Shown: in pieces, positions 54,149-63,953 of the stretch
How positions within the stretch are numbered: the first letter of the stretch is position 1
Layout: the number at the start of each line of letters is the position of its first letter
Origin: Chloroflexota bacterium
GTDB taxonomy: Bacteria; Chloroflexota; Dehalococcoidia; E44-bin15
Assembly (NCBI GenBank): GCA_030604825.1
Contig: JAUVVB010000003.1
Location: forward strand, 4,224 to 68,223
Length of the DNA stretch: 64,000 nt
Direction of reading: 5' to 3'
Notes under the pieces: model-generated
Seen by the model: the letters and a program-made list of their open reading frames with translations, nothing else
Databases searched by the model: none
What the model was told of the DNA's origin: nothing
Position numbers and translations under genes: made by a program

Positions 54149-55123
54149 ATGGAACTGGTTGAGAAGATGCTTTCCGGCAGCGACCTGTCCCTGGCTCGCC
54201 TGATTACCCTGGTGGAGAGGGAGGCTGCCGAGGTTCCTCGGATAATGAGCCTGATCTATCCTCACCTCGGTAACGCCTATTTGGTGGGCGTTACCGGCCC
54301 CCCCGGAGGGGGAAAGAGCACCCTGGTGGACAGATTGACCGCGGTGATGAGGGCTAAGGGCTTCTCGGTGGGCATCATCGCCGCTGACCCCACCAGTCCC
54401 TTCTCCGGAGGCGCTGTGCTGGGCGACCGGATCAGGATGCAGCAGCACTATCTGGATAAAGGGGTGTTTATCCGCAGCATGGCCACCAGGGGCAGCGCCG
54501 GAGGGCTCCCCCGGGCAGCTAGGGGGGTGATCAAGCTCCTGGACGCTTATGGAAAGGATTTCGTCGTGGTGGAAACGGTGGGCGTGGGGCAGACGGAGCT
54601 GGACATCATGGAGGCTACCGACACCACGGTGGTTGTCCTTGTTCCCGAGGCTGGGGATACCATCCAGACGATGAAGGCGGGGCTGCTGGAGATCGCCGAT
54701 ATATTTGTGGTGAACAAGGCCGACCGGGAGGGGGCGGATTACCTGGCTGTTGAATTGGAGCAGATGTTGCGCATGAGCCCCAAGGACTCGGGATGGCAGC
54801 CCCCCATCCTCACCACCCAGGCAATCCATGACATCGGCATCCAGGAGCTTTATCAGGAGATCGAGAGGCATCGCGACGTGCTTCAGGAAACGGGGCAGCT
54901 CTCCCTCAAGCGACAGGAGCAAAGAAAACGGGAATTCATCCAAAACATCGAACAGGGGATCAGGGCAACCATCCTCAAACTGGCGGAGAAGGATGGCCAG
55001 CTCGTGTCCTTCCTGGAAAGGGTGGAGAAGGGGGAGCTTGACCCCTATTCCGCTTCCATGGAAATCCTCAGCAACAGAACCCTGCTTCAGACCTGGCTTT
55101 CCGAACTGGAGAAGGAAGGCTAG
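54149..55123 (+). CDS. meaB: MeaB-type G-protein metallochaperone
   Basis: GPPGGGKST, GGAVLGDRIRM, ETVGVGQ, NKAD. Confidence 0.93.
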   Translation: MELVEKMLSGSDLSLARLITLVEREAAEVPRIMSLIYPHLGNAYLVGVTGPPGGGKSTLVDRLTAVMRAKGFSVGIIAADPTSPFSGGAVLGDRIRMQQHYLDKGVFIRSMATRGSAGGLPRAARGVIKLLDAYGKDFVVVETVGVGQTELDIMEATDTTVVVLVPEAGDTIQTMKAGLLEIADIFVVNKADREGADYLAVELEQMLRMSPKDSGWQPPILTTQAIHDIGIQELYQEIERHRDVLQETGQLSLKRQEQRKREFIQNIEQGIRATILKLAEKDGQLVSFLERVEKGELDPYSASMEILSNRTLLQTWLSELEKEG

Positions 55124-55147
55124 CCTTAAACTTCGATAGGAGGAGAA

Positions 55148-56521
55148 ATGGACACCACCCGGAGAATCGCTGATTTTGTCGTTGGCACCGGCTATGAGGC
55201 AATTCCCCCGGAAGCGCTCAGATTTGCCAAGGGGGCAATCCTGGATTGCTTGGGTGTTGCCCTAGCTGGTTCCCTGGAGCCTTCGGCAAGGATGGTCACC
55301 GAATATGTCGGCGAAATGGGGGGGAGGGCTGAGGCTGGGGTCATCGCCTCGGGGTTCAACACCCCTGCTCCCCAGGCTGCCCTAGCCAATGGCACCATGG
55401 CCCATGCCCTGGACTATGACGATGTTGCCATGAGTTGGATTGGTCACCCCAGCGTGGTGCTCCTGCCCACGGCACTGGCCCTGGCGGAGAGGGGGAGGCT
55501 CTCGGGAAGGGATGTGCTGGAGGGCTATATCTTGGGCTTTGAGGTGGGGGCGAAGCTGGGGGCGGCGGTGGGTTTCCCCCATTATGATTGGGGCTGGCAT
55601 GCCACCGCTACCCTGGGCACCATGGCCGCTGCGGCCACCGCTGCCAAGATGCTGAGGCTCAATTCCCATCAGGCGGCGATGGCATTGGGAATCGCCGCTT
55701 CCCTGGCGGGGGGGACGAGGCAGAACTTTGGCACCATGACCAAGCCCTTTCATGCGGGAAGCGCGGCAAGGAATGGGACGGTGGCCGCCCTCCTGGCGGA
55801 GAAGGGTTTTACCGCCGATGAGGCCATCCTGGAGAGCCCCATGGGCTTCCTAAGGCTGTTCAGCGGCAGTGGCGAGCCGGAGCAAGCCAAGGCCAGCCAA
55901 GACCTGGGCGACCCCTTTGACATCCTCTCTCTGGGGGTAAGCATGAAGCCCTATCCCTGTTGCCGGCTGACCCACCGCTGCATCGACGCCATGCTGCACC
56001 TGATCAGGGAATACCGCCTCACCGCCGATGATGTGGAGGGGGTGAAATGTAGAACCGCCGAGACCGCCCCCCAAGTACTGATCCACCCCCGGCCCAGGAC
56101 GGCCCTGGAGGGGAAGTTCAGCATGCAGTACTGCATGGCCATCGCCCTTCTGGATGGGAAGGTTGGCCTGAGGCAGTTCACCGATGAGAGGGTGCTTGAC
56201 CCCAAAGCCCAAGAGCTGCTGAGGAGGGTGGAGTTTGTCCATCCCCAGGGGGAGAGCGGTGAGGCACTGAGAATTCCCGAGGCCGTCATCGTCAAGCTCA
56301 GGGATGGCAGGGAGCTTTCCCATGAGGTGGCGGTTCCCAAGGGGGACCCCCAGAATCCGATGACCGAGGAGGAGCTGGCGGCCAAATACAGGGACTGCGC
56401 CAGCCTGGTTCTCTCCGCAGAGGATACCGAGAGGTCGCTGGATATGGTGTCCCACCTTGAGGGGCTGGAGGATATCGCCCCGCTGGTGCATCTAGTGTGT
56501 TTGACGGGCAAATCTGCCTAA
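55148..56521 (+). CDS. MmgE/PrpD family protein
   Basis: NGTMAHALDYDD, GHPS, KPFHAG, KPYPCCRLTH, KFSMQY. Confidence 0.92.
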   Translation: MDTTRRIADFVVGTGYEAIPPEALRFAKGAILDCLGVALAGSLEPSARMVTEYVGEMGGRAEAGVIASGFNTPAPQAALANGTMAHALDYDDVAMSWIGHPSVVLLPTALALAERGRLSGRDVLEGYILGFEVGAKLGAAVGFPHYDWGWHATATLGTMAAAATAAKMLRLNSHQAAMALGIAASLAGGTRQNFGTMTKPFHAGSAARNGTVAALLAEKGFTADEAILESPMGFLRLFSGSGEPEQAKASQDLGDPFDILSLGVSMKPYPCCRLTHRCIDAMLHLIREYRLTADDVEGVKCRTAETAPQVLIHPRPRTALEGKFSMQYCMAIALLDGKVGLRQFTDERVLDPKAQELLRRVEFVHPQGESGEALRIPEAVIVKLRDGRELSHEVAVPKGDPQNPMTEEELAAKYRDCASLVLSAEDTERSLDMVSHLEGLEDIAPLVHLVCLTGKSA

Positions 56522-56541
56522 GATACCAACAGGAGGATGAT

Positions 56542-57759
56542 ATGAAGGGGCCACTGTCGGGGATCAGGGTTCTGGATGTGTCACGGGCCATCGCTGGCCC
56601 CTATGGCTCCATGATCCTTGCCGACCTGGGGGCTGAGGTGATCAAGATCGAGCCTCCAAGATGGGGGGAAAGGGCGCGCCATATCCCCGGGCCTAACCAC
56701 AAGGGAGAGAGCTACTACTTCCTTGCCTTCAATCGAAATAAGAAGAGCGTAACCCTCAACCTGGCCACCGAGCTGGGGAGGGAGGCCTTCTATGACCTGG
56801 TGAGGATATCGGACGTGGTGTGGGACAACTTCCGCCCCAGGGTTATGGAGCGATTGGGTGCCGACTACGACACCCTGAAGGAGATCAATCCCGGCATCAT
56901 CTGCTGCTCGGTAACGGGCTTCGGCTCCTCCGGCCCCTATCGGGATCGCCCCTCCTTCGACCTGGTGGCGCAGGCGATAAGTGGGGTGATGAGCATCACC
57001 GGAGAGCCCGGGGGCCCACCCCTTCGCTCCGGCCCCCCCGTCGCTGACCTGGTGGGAGGCATGTTCGGCGTTCATGGCGTCCTCGCCGCCCTCTACCAGC
57101 GAACCTTCACTGGCAAGGGGCAAAGGGTGGAGACATCCCTGCTGGATGGTCAGGTCTCCAACCTCACCTACCAGATGTCCTACTATTTGTGCGGTGGGGA
57201 GGTCCCCGGCCCCATGGGTTCAGGCCATCTTTCCCTGGTCCCCTACGGGGCCTATAAGGCCAAGGAAGGCTATCTGGTTATGGGTGTGGGCTGGCCTCGG
57301 GTGGCCAGGGTGCTGGGCATCGAGGAGATCATCGACGACCACAGGTTCGAGAGCGGCGAGTCCAGGCTGGAACATAAGGAGGAGCTAGATTCCCTCGTTC
57401 AGCAGGCCTTCCTCAAGGAGAAGGCAGAGGATTGGCTCGCCGTGCTGGAGGTGGAGGATATCCCCTGCGGCCCGGTAAACGCCATCGACAAGGCCATTTC
57501 CGATCCCCAGATAATTCACAACAACATGATCGTGAGCGTAAAGCACCCCTTGGGGGGTGAGGTGAGGATGGTGGGAAATCCGATAAAGATGCCCCAGAGC
57601 ATCGAGGAGGAGTTCACCGCCCCGCCCACCCTGGGGCAGCATGACCACGAAATCCTGGTTGAGCTTCTTGGCTACTCCGAGGAGAGGATCGAGAGGTTGA
57701 GGGAGGAGGAGGAGAGGCGTGCCGAGAAACTGCTTGCCAGCCTGCAGAAGCGGGCCTGA
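56542..57759 (+). CDS. Class III CoA-transferase (CaiB/BaiF), paralog 1
   Basis: LSGIRVLD, AGPYG, NRNKKS, DNFRP, catalytic D in PVADLVGG. Confidence 0.93.
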   Translation: MKGPLSGIRVLDVSRAIAGPYGSMILADLGAEVIKIEPPRWGERARHIPGPNHKGESYYFLAFNRNKKSVTLNLATELGREAFYDLVRISDVVWDNFRPRVMERLGADYDTLKEINPGIICCSVTGFGSSGPYRDRPSFDLVAQAISGVMSITGEPGGPPLRSGPPVADLVGGMFGVHGVLAALYQRTFTGKGQRVETSLLDGQVSNLTYQMSYYLCGGEVPGPMGSGHLSLVPYGAYKAKEGYLVMGVGWPRVARVLGIEEIIDDHRFESGESRLEHKEELDSLVQQAFLKEKAEDWLAVLEVEDIPCGPVNAIDKAISDPQIIHNNMIVSVKHPLGGEVRMVGNPIKMPQSIEEEFTAPPTLGQHDHEILVELLGYSEERIERLREEEERRAEKLLASLQKRA

Positions 57760-57774
57760 AAGGAGGATGACATA

Positions 57775-58986
57775 ATGAGGCCACTGGAAGGGGTAAGGGT
57801 TCTGGCTCTGGAGCGGGCCATCGCTGGCCCCTATGGCTCCATGGTGCTTGCCGATCTGGGAGCGGAGGTGATCAAGGTCGAGCCTCCTCAGACCGGCGAC
57901 CTGAGCAGATTATTCGTCGGTCCAAATCATAAGGGGGAGAGCTTTTACTACATGGCATTCAATAGGGGCAAGAAAAGCCTGGCGCTGGACATCAACACAA
58001 AGATGGGCAAGGAACTCTTCTACGACCTGGTAAAGATATCGGATGTGGTCTGGGATAATTTCTCCGCCGGGACCATGGAGAGGATAGGGGCTGATTTCGA
58101 TACCCTGAGCCGGATCAACCTGGGGATCATCTGCTGCTCCATCAGCGGCTACGGGCAGACTGGTCCCTATCGGGATCGAATCTCCTTTGATGTGGTTGCT
58201 GAGGCCATAAGCGGGGCGATGAGCATCACCGGTGAGCCGGGAAGGCCACCGGTTAGGTATGGCGCCCCCATCGCCGATGAGATGGGAGGGCTGTTTGGCG
58301 CCATTGGCGTGCTGGCCGCCTTGGCGCAGCGGGAACGCATCGGGAAGGGAACCAGGATAGACATCTCCCTCCTCGATGGTCAGATATCCTCCCTGGCCTA
58401 TCACCTTTTGTACTATTTCTGCTCCGGGATCGCCTGCGGGCCTCAACGTTCAGGCCATCTCTCCCTCATCCCCTATGGGGCCTATGAGACCAAGAAAGGC
58501 TATCTTGCTATTGGCCCTTGCTGGCCCAGGATATGTCGTGTCTTGGGCGTTGAGGAGATCATCGATGCCCCCCGGTTCGAGAGCGGCGAGTCCAGGATCG
58601 AGCATCGGGAGGAGCTGGATTCCATCCTCCAGCAGGCCTTCATGAAGGAGAAGGCGGAGGACTGGCTTGAGGTCCTCTATGCGGAGCGCATTGGAGCCGG
58701 CCCGGTGAATACCCTGGATAAGGCGGCTGCCGACCCCCAGGTGCTGGCGAGGAACATGGTGGTGGAGATGGAGCATCCCCTGGGGGGGAAGATAAGGCAT
58801 GTGGGAAACCCGGTGAAGATGCCAGAAATCGGGGAGGAATTCTCCCCTCCGCCTACCCTGGGGCAGGACAGCGAGGAGATCCTGGTGGGGCTTATGGGCT
58901 GCTCCGCGGAGAAGATAAAGCAGTTGAGGCAGGAGGAGGAGCAGCGCGCCGAGGAATTGCTTGCCAGCCTGCGCCGGGCGCAGTGA
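57775..58986 (+). CDS. Class III CoA-transferase (CaiB/BaiF), paralog 2
   Basis: LEGVRVL, AGPYG, NRGKKS, catalytic D in PIADEMGG. Confidence 0.93.
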   Translation: MRPLEGVRVLALERAIAGPYGSMVLADLGAEVIKVEPPQTGDLSRLFVGPNHKGESFYYMAFNRGKKSLALDINTKMGKELFYDLVKISDVVWDNFSAGTMERIGADFDTLSRINLGIICCSISGYGQTGPYRDRISFDVVAEAISGAMSITGEPGRPPVRYGAPIADEMGGLFGAIGVLAALAQRERIGKGTRIDISLLDGQISSLAYHLLYYFCSGIACGPQRSGHLSLIPYGAYETKKGYLAIGPCWPRICRVLGVEEIIDAPRFESGESRIEHREELDSILQQAFMKEKAEDWLEVLYAERIGAGPVNTLDKAAADPQVLARNMVVEMEHPLGGKIRHVGNPVKMPEIGEEFSPPPTLGQDSEEILVGLMGCSAEKIKQLRQEEEQRAEELLASLRRAQ

Positions 58987-58995
58987 AGTGGGGGA

Positions 58996-60444
58996 ATGGG
59001 GGTACCGGTGGCACAGAAGGTATTGCTGGTCAATACCAACCAGATAAAGCCCCCAGTGGTGCCGCTGGCCCTGGATTATCTCGCCTCTGCCCTTCGCCAG
59101 AAGGAATTTGAGGTCGACCTTCTCGACCTCTGTTTCTGCCAGGACTTCGCCCCCGAGATCCGTCGCTACTTGGCCCAGAACAGCGTCTCCGCCATCGCCA
59201 TCACCCTGCGAAACACCGACGATACTCACTTTGCCGGCCAGGATTTCTTCATCCCCCAGCTCAAGGAGATAACCGACTGCCTCAGGGCAAACACCTCCGC
59301 CCCCCTCATCCTGGGCGGGGCTGGTTTCTCCATCATGCCCCAGGCCATCTTGGAGTACTGCGGGCTGGGTCTGGGGATCTGGGGGGAGGGGGAAGCCTCG
59401 CTCCCTTTGCTGCTGAGGAAGCTCAATGCCGGTGAGGACTACCGCGATGTCCCCGGACTGGTCTATCGCGGCGAAAAGGGCTTCCATCGAAATCCCCCCG
59501 AGTACCTCAACCTGAAGAATATGCCCGCTCCAGAGCGGGTCACCGTGGACAACCGGCGCTACTTTGGGGAGGGGGGCATGGGCAGCATAGAGACGAAGCG
59601 AGGTTGCTCCAAGGGTTGCATCTACTGTGCCGACCCCCTGGGAAAGGGGAGAAAAGTTCGCTGCCGCTCCCCCGAGAGCGTGGCGGATGAGATAGAGGCC
59701 CTGCTGGGGATGGGGATTGACCATCTCCACTTCGGCGATAGCGAGTTCAACCTTCCCCCAAGCCATGCTGAGCAGGTTTGCCTTGAGCTCATCAAAAGAG
59801 GGCTGGGCTCAAGGCTGAGGTGGTATGCCTACTTAAGCCCGGTTCCCTTCAGCCGGGAGCTTGCCCTTCTATTCCAAAGGGCGGGATGTGCCGGCATAAA
59901 CTTTGGTGCAGATAGCGGCAATGACGTTATGCTGCGCACCCTGGGGCGGGATTTCACCGTAGAGGACCTGGAGCACACTGCTGGCATCTGCCACCGGGAG
60001 GGCATCATCTTTATGTATGACCTCCTTCTGGGAGGGCCGGGTGAAACCAGGGAATCGCTCAAGCAGACCATCGAGACCATGAAAAGGCTCTCCCCATCGC
60101 GGGTAGGGGCTAGCATTGGGGTGAGGGTCTTCCCCGGAACCAAGATGGCGAAGTTGGTGAAGGGGGAAGGCCCCATAGCAGAAAGCCCCAACCTCCACGG
60201 CGTTAGGGACGAAAAATTCTTTGCCCCGGTCTTCTACCTGTCCTCGGCCCTGGGGGAGGATGCCCCGGGGTATCTTGCCAGCCTCATTTCAGGCGATGAG
60301 CGCTTTTTCAGTGCTTTTGCCGATGGCGGGGATCAGAACTACAACTATAACCAAAACCTCATCCTGGTGGAGGCTATCAGGGACGGCTATCGGGGCGCCT
60401 TCTGGGACATCCTGAGAAGGCTATCGGAGTCCAAAGCCCTTTGA
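58996..60444 (+). CDS. B12-binding radical SAM enzyme, TsrM-like methyltransferase clade
   Basis: NQIKPPVVPLALD, RNTD, GGAGFSIMP, TKRGCSKGCIYC, DSEFNL, GYRGAFW. Confidence 0.85.
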   Translation: MGVPVAQKVLLVNTNQIKPPVVPLALDYLASALRQKEFEVDLLDLCFCQDFAPEIRRYLAQNSVSAIAITLRNTDDTHFAGQDFFIPQLKEITDCLRANTSAPLILGGAGFSIMPQAILEYCGLGLGIWGEGEASLPLLLRKLNAGEDYRDVPGLVYRGEKGFHRNPPEYLNLKNMPAPERVTVDNRRYFGEGGMGSIETKRGCSKGCIYCADPLGKGRKVRCRSPESVADEIEALLGMGIDHLHFGDSEFNLPPSHAEQVCLELIKRGLGSRLRWYAYLSPVPFSRELALLFQRAGCAGINFGADSGNDVMLRTLGRDFTVEDLEHTAGICHREGIIFMYDLLLGGPGETRESLKQTIETMKRLSPSRVGASIGVRVFPGTKMAKLVKGEGPIAESPNLHGVRDEKFFAPVFYLSSALGEDAPGYLASLISGDERFFSAFADGGDQNYNYNQNLILVEAIRDGYRGAFWDILRRLSESKAL

Positions 60445-60469
60445 CAAAGCGGGGCACCCGATATAGAAT
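60441..60469 (+). promoter_or_regulatory. sigma70 promoter
   Basis: TTGACA-17 nt-TAGAAT. Confidence 0.7.
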
Positions 60470-60484
60470 TGTGAGGGGGAGAGG

Positions 60485-61888
60485 TTGAAAAGCAAATACG
60501 ACATCATCATCGTGGGCGGCGGACCTGCAGGCATCTTCGCCGCCTTAGAAATGTCTCAGGCCTCGAATTTGAGCATCCTCCTTCTGGAGAAGGGGAAGGA
60601 TATCGATTCCCGAAGCTGTCCCTCCATCGGGCAGGGGATAAGCTGCCCCCCGTGCTCCCCCTGCGACCTGGTGAGCGGGGTTGGCGGCGCTGGCGCCTTC
60701 AGCGATGGCAAGCTCACCCTCTCCAGTGAGGTAGGGGGCAGGCTTAAGGATTACCAGGGGCTGGAGAGGACCGAGGAGCTGATCCGCTATGTCGATAGCG
60801 TCTTCCTCAAGTTTGGGGGGACGGACAGCGTCTATGGCACTGGAGAAAAAGTGGAGGAGTTGGTGCGCAGGGCCACCCTGGCTGATCTGCGCCTCATCCC
60901 CATGGCGATTCGCCATCTGGGAACGGAGCGCTCCCGCCTGGTGTTCAAGGGGATAGGGGACTTCCTCTCAACCAGGGTTGACCTAAAGGTGAGCACTGAA
61001 GCCCGCACCATCCTCGCCGAGAACGGGGTGGCTAAGGGGATTGAGACCACCGATGGGCAAAGGTTTGACTGCCGCTATCTGATCGTCGCCCCGGGAAGGG
61101 ACGGGGTGGACTGGCTCACCCGCGAGGCCCATCGCCTCAAGCTCACCCTTCAGATTAACCCCATCGATGTCGGCGTCAGGGTGGAGGTACCTGAAGCCGT
61201 CCTTGAGGAGTTGACCAGCGCCTTATATGAGTGCAAGCTGGAATATTACTCCAAGGCCTTTGACGACCGGATCAGGACCTTCTGCATGTGCCCCGCGGGG
61301 GAGGTGACCATGGAGTCCACCGGGGGCAGCGACCCGGTGACCACCGTCAATGGCCAGAGCTATGCCGAGCGCAAGACCGGCAACACGAATTTTGCCCTGC
61401 TGGTGAGCACCATCTTCACCGAGCCCTTCCGCGACCCCCTGGCCTACGGGCGATACCTCGCTCGCCTGGCCAACATCCTCAGCGGTGGGGTCATCATACA
61501 GCGCCTCGGCGACCTATTGGAGGGCAGGCGCTCCACCGAGGAGCGCATCCGGAGGGGGATTGTCCAGCCCACCCTCAAGAGCGCCACCCCGGGCGATCTC
61601 AGCTTCGTGCTCCCCTATCGCTACCTGGTGGGCATCATCGAGATGCTTGAAGCCATGGACAAGCTTGCCCCCGGCGTTGCCTCCCGCCATAGCCTGCTCT
61701 ATGGTGTGGAGGTCAAGTTCTATTCCTCGCGCCTCGCCCTCAGCCAAAACCTGGAGAGCGAGATAGAGAACATGTTTGCCGTTGGTGACGGCGCCGGGGT
61801 TACTCGGGGACTCATCCAGGCATCGGCCTCGGGCGTGGTGGCAGCCGGGGAAATCCTGAGGAGAGCGGGGGTATCCGCTGCTGGGTGA
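60485..61888 (+). CDS. NAD(P)/FAD-dependent oxidoreductase (COG2509-like)
   Basis: VGGGPAG, GGAGAFSDGKL, RTFCMCP, YGVEVKFYS, GDGAGVTRG. Confidence 0.88.
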   Translation: MKSKYDIIIVGGGPAGIFAALEMSQASNLSILLLEKGKDIDSRSCPSIGQGISCPPCSPCDLVSGVGGAGAFSDGKLTLSSEVGGRLKDYQGLERTEELIRYVDSVFLKFGGTDSVYGTGEKVEELVRRATLADLRLIPMAIRHLGTERSRLVFKGIGDFLSTRVDLKVSTEARTILAENGVAKGIETTDGQRFDCRYLIVAPGRDGVDWLTREAHRLKLTLQINPIDVGVRVEVPEAVLEELTSALYECKLEYYSKAFDDRIRTFCMCPAGEVTMESTGGSDPVTTVNGQSYAERKTGNTNFALLVSTIFTEPFRDPLAYGRYLARLANILSGGVIIQRLGDLLEGRRSTEERIRRGIVQPTLKSATPGDLSFVLPYRYLVGIIEMLEAMDKLAPGVASRHSLLYGVEVKFYSSRLALSQNLESEIENMFAVGDGAGVTRGLIQASASGVVAAGEILRRAGVSAAG

Positions 61889-62544
61889 TGTTCATTGGCA
61901 TCGACCTCAGTTCATCCCCCAAAAAGCCCACCGCCTGCGTTGGACTGGATGAAGGGCTGCGTCTTTTTTGGTTTGACCTTCTATTGAGCGATGCCGACAT
62001 CCTGGATGCCATTGTAAGCCACCGCCCTGGCATTGTGGCCATCGATTCCCCCATAGGCTTGCCTCAGGGGCTCTGCTGCCTCGAGGAGGGCTGCTCCTGC
62101 CAGCCGCTCACTCCGGCGAAGGGAAGGGCATGTGAAAGGGAGCTCTCCCACCGCGGCATCCCCAGCTATTACACCACCAAGAGGTCGATCATAAAAAATA
62201 TGGTCTATCGAGCCATCGTCTTAAAGCGTGAAATCGATGCCCTGGGGTGCCAGGTTATCGAGGTCTATCCCTATGCTACAAAGGTGAACCTTTTCGGCAA
62301 ACCCATCCCCTCCAAGTTGGAGCCCGCAGGCATTGCTTTCCTCCGGGAGCGCCTTTGTGGCCTCATGCCCCACAATGCTCCCCAGATATCGGGGTTCAAC
62401 CATGACCTTTGCGATGCCCTTCTCGCCGCCTTTACCGCTTTCCTCTACAGAAGAGGCGAGGTAGAAATTCTGGGTCACCCCGAGGAGGGTGCCATCTGCA
62501 TCCCCAAAACGCCTCTGCTTGACACATCGCCTCCAAGTGGCTAG
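61888..62544 (+). CDS. DUF429 family protein (RNase H-like predicted nuclease)
   Basis: FIGIDLS, VAIDSPIG, IEVYP, DLCDALLAA. Confidence 0.85.
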   Translation: MFIGIDLSSSPKKPTACVGLDEGLRLFWFDLLLSDADILDAIVSHRPGIVAIDSPIGLPQGLCCLEEGCSCQPLTPAKGRACERELSHRGIPSYYTTKRSIIKNMVYRAIVLKREIDALGCQVIEVYPYATKVNLFGKPIPSKLEPAGIAFLRERLCGLMPHNAPQISGFNHDLCDALLAAFTAFLYRRGEVEILGHPEEGAICIPKTPLLDTSPPSG

Positions 62545-62547
62545 AAT
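62519..62547 (+). promoter_or_regulatory. sigma70 promoter of rpsU-yqeY
   Basis: TTGACA-17 nt-TAGAAT. Confidence 0.7.
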
Positions 62548-62589
62548 ATTCGAGAATGTGGGCCATTTTGGCAGGAAGGGGGGGATTAT

Positions 62590-62781
62590 GTGGCTGATGT
62601 AATCCTTGAAGAGAGGGAGAGTTTCGAGAGCCTCCTCCGAAGGTTCAGTAGAAAGGTGCAGCAGGATGGCATCCTTTCTGAGTTCCGCCGCAGGGAGCAC
62701 TATGAAAAGCCCAGCCTGAAACGCAAGAAGAAACAGGCGGCAAAGCGGCGAAAGTCTTCCCGAAGTGTCTTCCCGAAGTAG
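62590..62781 (+). CDS. rpsU: 30S ribosomal protein S21
   Basis: ESFESLLRRF, REHYEKPS.KRKKK. Confidence 0.95.
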   Translation: MADVILEERESFESLLRRFSRKVQQDGILSEFRRREHYEKPSLKRKKKQAAKRRKSSRSVFPK

Positions 62782-62825
62782 CTGAAGGGGAGACTTTTTA
62801 GGGTCAGCTCAAGGATGAGGTAGCG

Positions 62826-63275
62826 ATGACATTACAGGAAAGGCTTATGGCCGATCTGAAGCAGGCGATGAAGGCGGGCGATAAGACGCGCAAGTCGCTG
62901 ATTCGTCTGGTGATTGCGGGCGTCAAGAACGCGCAGATCGATAAAGGCTCCCCCTTGAATGATGCTGAAGTCATTGATGTGTTGAGCAAGGAAGTCAAGC
63001 GGCACCGGGAGAGCATTGCCGAATTCGCCAAGGGAAATCGCCAGGACCTGGTGGCAACGGAAGAGGCGGAGCTTGCCATCCTCTTCGAGTATCTGCCCGA
63101 GCAGCTGAGCCGGGAGGGGATTAGAGAGGCAGCCCGCAAGGTAATCGAACAGGTTGGAGCCAGGGGACCGGGGGATAAGGGGAAGGTGATGTCCCAGCTA
63201 ATGCCCCAGCTAAAGGGAAAGGCAGAGGGGCGGGAGATAAGCGAGGTGGTCTCGGAGTTGCTCGCCGGCTCCTAG
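62826..63275 (+). CDS. yqeY: GatB/YqeY domain protein
   Basis: DLKQAMKAGD, KEVKRHRESI, EAELAIL..YLP, GKVM. Confidence 0.93.
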   Translation: MTLQERLMADLKQAMKAGDKTRKSLIRLVIAGVKNAQIDKGSPLNDAEVIDVLSKEVKRHRESIAEFAKGNRQDLVATEEAELAILFEYLPEQLSREGIREAARKVIEQVGARGPGDKGKVMSQLMPQLKGKAEGREISEVVSELLAGS

Positions 63276-63314
63276 CCGGAATCCTCTTTTAATGGTGTCT
63301 TATTGTATTTACAT

Positions 63315-63349
63315 ACCGCGCTTGATCCTTTAGGGTGCGGTTTTTTTCG
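63315..63349 (+). terminator. Probable Rho-independent terminator
   Basis: ACCGCGC...GTGCGGT stem followed by a T-run. Confidence 0.6.
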
Positions 63350-63495
63350 TTTTTGGTTCTAGGGCAATATCATTGGTTGACCTTCCCCTAAGTCGGATGG
63401 AAAGGGCGTGGCGAAGGGGGCTCGAGGAGGTATTGGGCTGAAAATCCCTTTCTCTTTTCCCCCCGCTGCGGTATAATACTGCAATAGGTGTCAGG

Positions 63496-63951
63496 GTGAA
63501 GGTGGTCTTGCTTCAGGATGTGCCCGGGCTGGGCAGTGAGGGGGAGGTGAAGGAGATAGCCAGTGGCTATGGCAGGAATTTCCTCATCCCCAAGGGGCTT
63601 GCCGAGCCTGCTACCTCAGCGGTGCTGCAGAGGGTGGAGGCTAGGCGTCGAGCCGAAGAGCGGCGCCAGGCCCTGCTGGACGCTGAGATGGAGAGCCTGT
63701 CCCAGACCTTGGAGGGGGTTCAGATCACCCTGAAGGCGAAGGTGGGCACCAAGGAGCGCCTTTATGGTGCCATCACCAGCGCTGACATCGCCCAGGAACT
63801 GGGGCGGGTCACCGGACAGGATATAGATAAGAAAAGGATAGAGCTGGAGGAGCCCATTCGCCAGCTGGGAGAATACGAGGTTGCGGTCAGGCTGTCGAAC
63901 AAGTTGGTTCCCAAGATAAAGGTCGTTATCGAGGAGGAGGAGAAGGGTTAG
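63496..63951 (+). CDS. rplI: 50S ribosomal protein L9
   Basis: MKVVLLQDV..LG..G....ASGYGRNFLIPKGLA, LYGAIT, PIRQLG. Confidence 0.96.
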   Translation: MKVVLLQDVPGLGSEGEVKEIASGYGRNFLIPKGLAEPATSAVLQRVEARRRAEERRQALLDAEMESLSQTLEGVQITLKAKVGTKERLYGAITSADIAQELGRVTGQDIDKKRIELEEPIRQLGEYEVAVRLSNKLVPKIKVVIEEEEKG

Positions 63952-63953
63952 CC

